This document shows positions 53,079-61,306 of a stretch of DNA of 64,000 bases, piece by piece (the first letter of the stretch is position 1; each line of letters starts with the position of its first letter). The DNA is from Alistipes sp. (lineage in GTDB: Bacteria; Bacteroidota; Bacteroidia; Bacteroidales; Rikenellaceae): the NCBI GenBank assembly GCA_017481925.1, contig JAFUOK010000051.1, forward strand, positions 15,311 to 79,310, written 5' to 3'. The position numbers were made by a program, and so were the translations under genes. Under the pieces are notes generated by a model. It worked only from the letters and a program-made list of their open reading frames with translations. It was not told the DNA's origin and ran no database searches.

Positions 53079-56000
53079 TTAGAAAGTAAGGTTAATACCA
53101 CCAGAAACAACTCGCATCGGAGAGTAACCACCGAATGAACCGTTACCACCACTCATAGATACACGGGGATCGAAGCCCTGGCGCTTAGACCACAATGCTA
53201 CGTTATCGCCAGTTACGAAGATACGGATACCGCCAATGCCCAACTTGCTCATCCAAGCCTTGGGGAATGAATAACCCAAAGTAAGGTTACGGATGCTGAA
53301 GTAAGAAGCCTTGATAAGGTGTGCATCAGATGACTGAGTGTAGCTGTTTGAAGAGTTATTTGCATTCCATACGGGAATTGTACCCTCACCAGTTGCAGGG
53401 TTATAAGTATTCCACATATCCTTGTTGTGACCAACATAGAATGAGTTGCTCATACCGCTCAAGTACTCAGAGTCGTATGCATAACCACCGATCTGGAATG
53501 CAGTAGCGATAGTAAGGTCGATACCCTTCCACTGGAATGTGGTGTTGAAACCACCAGTGAAGTCAGGCAGAGCCTCCTTGCCGAGCCAGTACTTAGAAGC
53601 ATCGCTGTGAGTAGAAGTCTTAACATCCTTACCAGTCTTCTCACCGGTCTCAGGATCAACCTCTTCCATCCACCACTGAGCATTACCGTTCTCATCCATG
53701 CCAGCGTACTTATATGTAAAGTACTCATAGTAGCTCTTACCCTCGAACAACTTGAACTGACCCTGAACGATACCCTCCTCGCGATTCATCTCGGGAAGAG
53801 TAAGAATCTCATTCTTGTAGTGAGAACCTACCAAAGTAGCAGTCCACTGGAAGTCGCGGTTCTTAAGAATGTCAACATTAATCTCGAACTCAATACCCTG
53901 GTTACCCATTGAACCGATGTTCTCCCAGTTGTAAGGACGACCAGTTGAGATAGCCAAAGGCTTCTGGAACAACATATCGTCGGTACGACGGTAGAAGTAA
54001 TCTACTGAACCATATACGCGATCCCACAAACGGAAATCGATACCAGCATCGATAGTAGTCTGCTTCTCCCAAGTCAAATCGGGATTACCGTAGAATGAAG
54101 TTGAATAACCGAGCTGAGCACCATCCCATGATACAGAATAGAGATCCTGGTAGGGAGTGTAGTTCAATACGTTCTCGTTACCCTGAGTACCATAAGATGC
54201 GCGGATCTTCAAATCGTTAACCCACTCAGCATTCTCCATCCAAGACTCTGAAGAGATACGCCAGCCTAAACCTACTGACCAGAAGTTACCCCAACGGTCC
54301 AAGAAACGAGAAGTACCATCACGACGGAAAGCACCTGAGATATAGTACTTGTTAGCGTAGTTATAGTCAGCCATAGCGAAGTAACCCTCGATCTGATGCT
54401 CCTGAGTGTAGCTCTCGATGTACTCCATCTGACCACCATTGATCAACTCGGGGTTGAAAGGCTCAAAGAACTGAGTCTTCTGGCCCTCAAAGATGTCGTT
54501 AGAATACTTATAGAACTCGTGACCAATCTTTGCAGAGATATTGTGATCGCCTACGATCTTGTTGTAAGCGAGCAACTGGTTGAAGTTCTGAGTGTAGTAG
54601 TTGTAAGCACCCTTAGTACCACGACCGTTGAATGACTGACCATCACCGATTGTGGGAGTGTAGTAGTCAGTGTCGTAACGGTTAGTAAAGTCGTAGCTAT
54701 AGTTTGCAGTGAAGGTGAAATCCTTCAAGAACTTAATCTCTACATAAGAACGAGTGGTAAGGTTGTGATACAAACGCTCAGTGATATTCTCCTTCAAAGT
54801 AGCGATTACGTTCTGGTTAGTAGCGGTAGGACGAGAAACAGTACCCTCGGTCTGACCAGTACCAGCATCGTAAACAGGTTTACCATTTGCGTCGGTAACC
54901 AAGTTACCCTGTGCATCGTATGCGTGTACGGGGAAGATAGGAGCCCAAGAACGAGCTACATCAAAGGGGTTTGAAGCCAAACCTACACCCTCCTGCACAC
55001 CATTCTGAGTAGTCTTAGAGTAGGCAATGTTAGTACCAACCTTCAACCAGGGCTTCAACTGTGAGTTAACGTTTACACGAGCTGAAATACGGTCGTAGTT
55101 AGAACCGATGATGTAAGACTGGTTGTCGAGGTAACCCATTGATACATAGTAGTCAGTTCTATCAGTACCACCTGAAGCAGATACCTGATACTCCTGACGG
55201 AGGGCGCTACCGAACATTGCATCAGCAAAGGTGTCGTTGTAACGAGACTTTGCTGCAGGATTCAACTTGCCGTCCAAGCCTACCAAATACTCACCATCGG
55301 GGATGATGAAAGCGTTGTAGTTGCCTAATTCGTGCATAATACCGTCGTCTGCATTAGGATCCATATTAGAAGCGACCAATGCAGCATCTTCTGCACTCAT
55401 ACCTCCTGACATTTGAGTGTTGCGAATACCATACCAAGTCAACTCATAGAACTCACCGGGATCAGTTACCATATTGTAGTCCTTATAAGCACGGCTGGTC
55501 ACACCCCAGTTTGCAGAGAACTGGATCTGGGTACGATCCTGACGACCGCTCTTAGTAGTAACCATTACCACACCGTTAGCAGCACGTGAACCGTAGAGTG
55601 AGTTAGACACAGCGTCCTTCGATACAGTGATTGACTGGATATCGGCGGGGTTGATGTCTGACAAACGACCGTTGAAAGGCACACCATCAACAACGATAAG
55701 AGCAGAGTTACCACCTGAGATAGAACCGATACCGCGCAATACGATATTTGAGTCCGCACCAGGCTGACCAGATGAGCTAAACACCTGAAGACCTGCTACA
55801 GCACCCTCCAATGCACCAGACACTGAAGTAGCCTGTGAGTTTGTGATGACGGCAGACTTAACGGTGCTGACCGAACCTACAACGTCCTGCTTACGCTTCG
55901 AACCGAACGCTACGACAACAACGTCATCCAAACGCTCTGTAGAAGCCTTAAGCACAACATTAATTAAAGTTTTACCTGCAATAGCGGTCTTTACATCCTC

Positions 56001-56237
56001 GTATCCGATAAATGATACGGTAATGATACCGTTAGCAGGAGCCGATAGTCTAAAGCTACCGTCTGCACTGGTGGTAGTACCAACTGAAGTGCCATCAACT
56101 ACGACAGTTGCGCCGACAACGGGAGTTCCCGTTTCGTCGACTACGGTACCGCTCACCTGCTGATTCTGAGCTACTACCATTGCAGCGGTAGCCAAAACAG
56201 CAAAGATAGAAAGTACAATTTTCCTAACCATAAGCAT
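53079..56237 (-). CDS. SusC/RagA TonB-dependent transporter (cassette L)
   Basis: Signal peptide, N-terminal extension, plug INPADI....KDA...YGSRAANGV, LTWEK, terminal Phe. Confidence 0.96.
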   Translation of the reverse strand: MLMVRKIVLSIFAVLATAAMVVAQNQQVSGTVVDETGTPVVGATVVVDGTSVGTTTSADGSFRLSAPANGIITVSFIGYEDVKTAIAGKTLINVVLKASTERLDDVVVVAFGSKRKQDVVGSVSTVKSAVITNSQATSVSGALEGAVAGLQVFSSSGQPGADSNIVLRGIGSISGGNSALIVVDGVPFNGRLSDINPADIQSITVSKDAVSNSLYGSRAANGVVMVTTKSGRQDRTQIQFSANWGVTSRAYKDYNMVTDPGEFYELTWYGIRNTQMSGGMSAEDAALVASNMDPNADDGIMHELGNYNAFIIPDGEYLVGLDGKLNPAAKSRYNDTFADAMFGSALRQEYQVSASGGTDRTDYYVSMGYLDNQSYIIGSNYDRISARVNVNSQLKPWLKVGTNIAYSKTTQNGVQEGVGLASNPFDVARSWAPIFPVHAYDAQGNLVTDANGKPVYDAGTGQTEGTVSRPTATNQNVIATLKENITERLYHNLTTRSYVEIKFLKDFTFTANYSYDFTNRYDTDYYTPTIGDGQSFNGRGTKGAYNYYTQNFNQLLAYNKIVGDHNISAKIGHEFYKYSNDIFEGQKTQFFEPFNPELINGGQMEYIESYTQEHQIEGYFAMADYNYANKYYISGAFRRDGTSRFLDRWGNFWSVGLGWRISSESWMENAEWVNDLKIRASYGTQGNENVLNYTPYQDLYSVSWDGAQLGYSTSFYGNPDLTWEKQTTIDAGIDFRLWDRVYGSVDYFYRRTDDMLFQKPLAISTGRPYNWENIGSMGNQGIEFEINVDILKNRDFQWTATLVGSHYKNEILTLPEMNREEGIVQGQFKLFEGKSYYEYFTYKYAGMDENGNAQWWMEEVDPETGEKTGKDVKTSTHSDASKYWLGKEALPDFTGGFNTTFQWKGIDLTIATAFQIGGYAYDSEYLSGMSNSFYVGHNKDMWNTYNPATGEGTIPVWNANNSSNSYTQSSDAHLIKASYFSIRNLTLGYSFPKAWMSKLGIGGIRIFVTGDNVALWSKRQGFDPRVSMSGGNGSFGGYSPMRVVSGGINLTF

Positions 56238-56261
56238 TAAATTTATTTGTACATATAAAAA
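56185..56261 (-). repeat. Left inverted repeat IRL (77 bp perfect)
   Basis: Reverse complement identical to 58045-58121; covers 24 nt of 5' UTR plus the first 53 nt of susC. Confidence 0.95.
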
Positions 56262-56295
56262 CGTGTATTTTCATTCTAATGTAAAAATACAACTG

Positions 56296-56327
56296 CAAAG
56301 TTACGGATTTAATCCGGTATTATCAAA
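56296..56327 (-). promoter_or_regulatory. Consensus sigma-A promoter aimed at the left susC
   Basis: Minus strand TTTG (56327-56324), 20-nt spacer, TAACTTTG (56303-56296). Confidence 0.78.
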
Positions 56328-56616
56328 AAATTTTAATATAAAATTAACATTGCTAAAATATTCCTACGATTGGGCTTCAAGAAGTTAAGGGGTGTAAGCG
56401 TCAATACGTAGTTTTATTGGAATCTGTAACCCCTTTTTGCAAGCATTTATGCAAGGAGCATAAATATTCTATTTTAGATTATATTTTGTTAGCAAAAAGA
56501 ACTCTAAAACTATTAGTTTCTAATCTACGACATGCGCTTTTTTGCGTAACATATAAACCAACATTACAAATGTAACTATATATTTTGACAAGTAATACGA
56601 CGTCGTGCAAAGATAA

Positions 56617-57834
56617 TCAATAATCCTGAAAATATATATTGATGCGATCCGAGGCCCGTTGCATCTCTCGGTTTACGACCGACTCCAAAATCTTTGCATA
56701 AATCTGCGTTGTCTTTATATCAGTGTGTCCCAACATCCGACTCACAGCCTCTATCGGTACGCCATACGATAGCGTGACCGTTGTTGCAAATGTATGACGG
56801 GCGGTATGGAATGTAATTCGTTTATTAATATTAGCACGTTGTGCCATATCCTTGATAACGCGATTGCACCAACAATTGGTTGGCAATGTAAAAATATGTT
56901 CATCGTTTGCCTCATCCATATATCGCTGGAGTATCTTTTGTGGGATCTTCAACAAGGGCACCTCTACCGATGTATGTGTCTTATTGCGACGTGTTGCGAT
57001 TGCCCACTGCTGTTCATCTATAATAATATCTCTTCTGGTGAGACCCGATATGTCCGAGTATGCTAAACCCGTAAAACATCCAAATATAAAAGCGTCCAGA
57101 ATTATCCGTTCTTTATCATTGCGTGCCGAGACTAGCATCATACGCCTTAACTCCTCCTTCAGCAGAAAATGTCGTCGCGAAGGTTCACTACGCAACTGAT
57201 AACCCAGAAAAGGATTCTGGTTGATACGACCGCAGGCAATAGCAAGCATAATGATATGTTTGAGCGCTGTCAGATATAGCCTTATCGTATTCACACTACA
57301 CTTGGCATCGGTGGCCAACCAATTATGGAATTCACATATCACATCACGATTAACACGATTGAGTGGTATGTCAGGAACTCCACGTGTTGTAAATATGAAT
57401 TTTTGAAGATGGTTGCAGACATACCTATATTTATATAAAGTATTAGGGCGGCGAATCGTTCCAACCATCTTTTCAAACTCTAGGTTATGCCGGCGAAAAA
57501 ATCCTACGACTCCATCAGAATCATCCTCTCCACCTATATATGCATTACGAATCATATATGCTGTTGGACGTTCATTAGATCGCAGAATCTTAAAATAGTT
57601 CTCTTGCAACGCATAACGAATATTATCTAATAAAGCATTTGTGCGCTTTGCTGCCTCACTACGTCCCCGCACACACTTACGGGAGTTATCCCATAGGCGT
57701 GCCTCTACGGCAAGGTGGGTTGAAAATGTACAAAACTCCCCGTCGATTGAAATACGGCAGATAATAGCAAGCTTTCCATTTTTGAGGGGCTGATTCTTCT
57801 TGATGTAGAAGAGGATTTTGAATTGATGTCTCAT
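56617..57834 (-). CDS. Tyrosine recombinase of the Bacteroidota arm-binding (IntDOT/IntN-like) type, putative invertase
   Basis: 405 aa from MRHQFKILFY; arm-binding-type N-terminus (I.CRISIDG, W), TGLAYSDI, RRNKT, FHTARHTFAT, LGH, TTQIYA; more AT-rich than flanking genes. Confidence 0.92.
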   Translation of the reverse strand: MRHQFKILFYIKKNQPLKNGKLAIICRISIDGEFCTFSTHLAVEARLWDNSRKCVRGRSEAAKRTNALLDNIRYALQENYFKILRSNERPTAYMIRNAYIGGEDDSDGVVGFFRRHNLEFEKMVGTIRRPNTLYKYRYVCNHLQKFIFTTRGVPDIPLNRVNRDVICEFHNWLATDAKCSVNTIRLYLTALKHIIMLAIACGRINQNPFLGYQLRSEPSRRHFLLKEELRRMMLVSARNDKERIILDAFIFGCFTGLAYSDISGLTRRDIIIDEQQWAIATRRNKTHTSVEVPLLKIPQKILQRYMDEANDEHIFTLPTNCWCNRVIKDMAQRANINKRITFHTARHTFATTVTLSYGVPIEAVSRMLGHTDIKTTQIYAKILESVVNREMQRASDRINIYFQDY

Positions 57835-58044
57835 AAAATATACCAAATTTAGTAAATAGATTGTTACATCACTATGGCAAGCGACGCATCTATATAACTC
57901 ATAAACTGGCAATTGCTTGCAATAAAATGAGTATTGTTTTATTAACTATTTTGACTCTTTTATGCGACATTCATCGACAAACAGCCCATTTAAGTTACCT
58001 ATGGGACGTGTATTGTTTTTACATTAAAAACGAAAATACACAAT

Positions 58045-58121
58045 TTTTTATATGTACAAATAAATTTAATGCTTATGGTTAGGAAAATTGTACTTTCTAT
58101 CTTTGCTGTTTTGGCTACCGC
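58045..58121 (+). repeat. Right inverted repeat IRR (77 bp perfect)
   Basis: TTTTTATATGTACAAATAAATTTAATGCTTATGGTTAGGAAAATTGTACTTTCTATCTTTGCTGTTTTGGCTACCGC. Confidence 0.95.
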
Positions 58122-61100
58122 CGCTATGGTAGTAGCACAGAACAGACAGGTGAGTGGTACGGTTAAGGACTCTGCAGGTCAGCCCATTATCGGTGCTACC
58201 GTTGTTGTAGAGGGTTCTACCGCAGGTACCACTACTGGTGCAGACGGAACCTTCAGATTGGATGCTCCCGTGAATTCCAATCTCGTTGTTTCGTTTATCG
58301 GTTATGAGTCTCAGACTATTGCGCTGGGATACAGAACCACTGTAGAGGTCGTTCTGGCGGACGACACTCAGTCTATCGACGATGTGGTTGTCGTAGCATA
58401 CGGTACTGCATCGAAGGAGGCGGTAACGGGTTCAGTGACAATGGTTAAGTCAGATGTCATTGAGCAGCGTACCACTTCAAACGTTACCAGTGCTCTTGAG
58501 GGTGCTTCAGCTGGTGTGCAGGTGAGCAGTTCATACGGTGAGCCGGGTGCATCTACCGACATTTTGATCCGTGGTTTCGGTTCAATCAACGGTAACAATG
58601 CTCCTCTCTACGTAGTTGATGGCAACATCTTCTCTGGTAACATGAGCGACTTGAACCCTGCCGACATTGAGTCAATGTCAATCTTGAAGGATGCTGCATC
58701 GGCTGCTCTTTACGGTTCTCGTGCTGCACAGGGTGTTGTACTTATCACTACCAAGAAGGGTAAGGAGAGCGGCAAATTGAACGTAAACGTATCAACCAAG
58801 CAGGGTGTTTACACTCGCGGTTTGAAGGAGTACGAGGTGTTGGATGCAGATCCTTGGATGGAGGTTATGTGGAATACCCTTTACAACGACTACAGTAACT
58901 CTTACGGCGCGACGTATGGTGATGAGTTCGTTCGTAACTACACCAACGCCAACTTTATCCGTGGTAACATCAAGAACAACATCTACGATGCTGCTGACGA
59001 TGCTATCATCGACCCCGCAACTGGTAAGGTTCAGGCTAAGGTTAAGCCTGGTTATACTGACCTCGATTGGTTTGAGCCCGTTGAGAAGACTGGTTACCGA
59101 GGTGAGTACAACATTCAGTTGGATGCTGCTGGCAACAACTACGATGTATTTGCTTCAGTAAACTACCTTAACGAGGAGGGTTATGTAGAGGCTACCGGTT
59201 TCGAGCGTACAACGGCTCGTGTTGCTGCTAACTTCACTCCCAAGAAGTGGTTTAAGGCTGGTGTAAACCTTTCAGGTTCATTGCAGACTCAGAACTACCG
59301 CGCTACGGCTTACTCATCATACTACGCTAACCCCTTCTACTCAGCACGTATGATGGCTCCCGTATATCCTTACTACGAGCACGACGATACTGGTGCTATC
59401 GTTCTTGATGCAAACGGCGAGCCCGTATGGAATACCAAGGCTTCATATCTCGACAACCGTAACATTGCTTACGAGTTGCGTAAGGACTACGACCGTAACT
59501 ATCGTACCACTTTGAACACCTCAGCTTACGCTACCTTCACATTCCTGAAGGACTTCCAGTTCACAGTTCGCGGTTCTATTGACCGTCGTCACCTTACTTC
59601 AAAGGCTTATAACAACAAGGAGATCGGTGATGGTGCTTCAAATGGCGGTCGTATGAGCAAGGATTTCTACGAGTATAACACTGTAAACTTGCAGCAGCAG
59701 CTCTCTTATGCCAAGACTTTTGGCAAGCACACCGTTGATGTTATGGTAGGTCATGAGAACTATGACTACAAGTACTCTTACGACTTCTCTATGAAGGTTG
59801 GTGAGGTATTGCAGACTGGTGTATTCGATGGCTTCTCTACTATGCAGTATATCGATGGTTACTCTCGTAACTACCACTCTGAGTCATACTTGGCTCGTGC
59901 ACGTTATAATTTCGACGAGCGTTACTTCGTAGAGGCTTCTTTCCGTCGTGATGGTTCTTCACGCTTTGCTAAGGATAGCCGTTGGGGTAACTTCTGGTCT
60001 CTTGGTGGTTCATGGGTAATCTCATCTGAGAAGTGGATGGAGAACGCCGAGTGGGTTGACTACTTGAAGCTCCGTGCATCTTATGGTGAGGTAGGTAATG
60101 ACTCATCTGCAGGTTACTACGCATCAAAGGGTCTCTACTCTGTAATCTCTACTAACGGCGGTAACGGCGCTTACTCACAGACTCAGTTTGCTAACACTGA
60201 CCTTAAGTGGGAGACTTCACAGTCATTCGACATCGGTATCGACGCTCGTTTGTGGAACACTGTTGATTTGACCGTTGATTACTTTAACAAGCGTTCAAAG
60301 GATCTGTTGTTCGACATGAACTTTGCTCAGTCTGTAGGTTCTTTGAGCCCCGGTGCATCATATCCTTCATTGACTCGCAATATCGGTTCAGTTGATAACT
60401 CTGGTTTCGAGGTTGCTGTAAATGTTGATATTTTCAACAAGCGCGACTTCAAGTGGAGCATTGGTGCTAACGCTTCATTCATCAAGAATGAGATTAAGAC
60501 TTTGCCCGCATCATCTGAGCCTGGTAACGGTTACATATCTGGCAACTACCGCTTCGAGGAGGGTCACTCAATGTATGAGTTCTACATGTATCAGTACGCA
60601 GGTGTTGATCAGTTGACTGGTGATGCTCTCTACTTGTTTGACGACAAAACCTATGGCGACATGACTGAGGCTTTGGAGTACTATGGTTACATCAGCAATA
60701 TCAATGACAAGTACTACACCGCCAACACCACCTACGCTAAGAAGGATTGGTCAGGCGAGGCTTTGCCCGATGTATATGGTGGTTTGCAGACCAACCTTTC
60801 ATGGAAGGGCTTGCACTTCAACTTGATGGCTTCTTACTCAATCGGTGGTAAGATCTACGATGGTACTTACCGTGGTTTGATGTATCCTTACTTGTCAGGT
60901 CCTCAGGCTTTGCACGTTGATATCCTTAACTCATGGACAGCTGCCCCCGAGGGTATGACTGCAGATTCAGCTAACCGTATCACAAAGGGTATATTCCCCC
61001 GTAACGATAGCTACGCTAACACTTATACTTACGCTGCTTCAGATCGTTGGTTGGTTGACGCTTCTTACTTTATCATCAAGAACATCGGCCTTTCATACGA

Positions 61101-61284
61101 CCTTCCCAAGAAGTGGGCTAACGCAATTGATTTGAGCAATATCAACGTCTCTGTTAATGTTGAGAACCCCTTCATCTTCACCAAGCGTGATGGTTTGAAC
61201 CCCCAGTACTCATTCTCTGGTTCACAGGATCAGACCTACGTTGCTGCTCGTATTTGGACAGTTGGTCTTAACATCAAACTCTAA
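58069..61284 (+). CDS. SusC/RagA TonB-dependent transporter (cassette R)
   Basis: First 25 aa identical to the left SusC; plug LNPADIES..ILKDAASAALYGSRAAQGV, LKWETS. Confidence 0.96.
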   Translation: MLMVRKIVLSIFAVLATAAMVVAQNRQVSGTVKDSAGQPIIGATVVVEGSTAGTTTGADGTFRLDAPVNSNLVVSFIGYESQTIALGYRTTVEVVLADDTQSIDDVVVVAYGTASKEAVTGSVTMVKSDVIEQRTTSNVTSALEGASAGVQVSSSYGEPGASTDILIRGFGSINGNNAPLYVVDGNIFSGNMSDLNPADIESMSILKDAASAALYGSRAAQGVVLITTKKGKESGKLNVNVSTKQGVYTRGLKEYEVLDADPWMEVMWNTLYNDYSNSYGATYGDEFVRNYTNANFIRGNIKNNIYDAADDAIIDPATGKVQAKVKPGYTDLDWFEPVEKTGYRGEYNIQLDAAGNNYDVFASVNYLNEEGYVEATGFERTTARVAANFTPKKWFKAGVNLSGSLQTQNYRATAYSSYYANPFYSARMMAPVYPYYEHDDTGAIVLDANGEPVWNTKASYLDNRNIAYELRKDYDRNYRTTLNTSAYATFTFLKDFQFTVRGSIDRRHLTSKAYNNKEIGDGASNGGRMSKDFYEYNTVNLQQQLSYAKTFGKHTVDVMVGHENYDYKYSYDFSMKVGEVLQTGVFDGFSTMQYIDGYSRNYHSESYLARARYNFDERYFVEASFRRDGSSRFAKDSRWGNFWSLGGSWVISSEKWMENAEWVDYLKLRASYGEVGNDSSAGYYASKGLYSVISTNGGNGAYSQTQFANTDLKWETSQSFDIGIDARLWNTVDLTVDYFNKRSKDLLFDMNFAQSVGSLSPGASYPSLTRNIGSVDNSGFEVAVNVDIFNKRDFKWSIGANASFIKNEIKTLPASSEPGNGYISGNYRFEEGHSMYEFYMYQYAGVDQLTGDALYLFDDKTYGDMTEALEYYGYISNINDKYYTANTTYAKKDWSGEALPDVYGGLQTNLSWKGLHFNLMASYSIGGKIYDGTYRGLMYPYLSGPQALHVDILNSWTAAPEGMTADSANRITKGIFPRNDSYANTYTYAASDRWLVDASYFIIKNIGLSYDLPKKWANAIDLSNINVSVNVENPFIFTKRDGLNPQYSFSGSQDQTYVAARIWTVGLNIKL

Positions 61285-61306
61285 TCAAAAGAAAGGGTAA
61301 GAAATT

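Larger units (their letters stand above)
56262..58044. other. Predicted invertible segment carrying recombinase and promoter
   Basis: Bounded by IRL and IRR; contains the tyrosine recombinase and a leftward consensus promoter. Confidence 0.78.

Noticed and set aside
56617-57912. Integrase as the edge of a prophage or ICE; 431-aa upstream start
   Set aside because: No mobility genes, tRNA or direct-repeat att seen, and the flanking repeats are inverted. The family-typical N-terminus begins at Met 57834.
57861-58082. 73-aa ORF upstream of the right susC
   Set aside because: TTG start, AT-rich intergenic DNA, no recognisable features.
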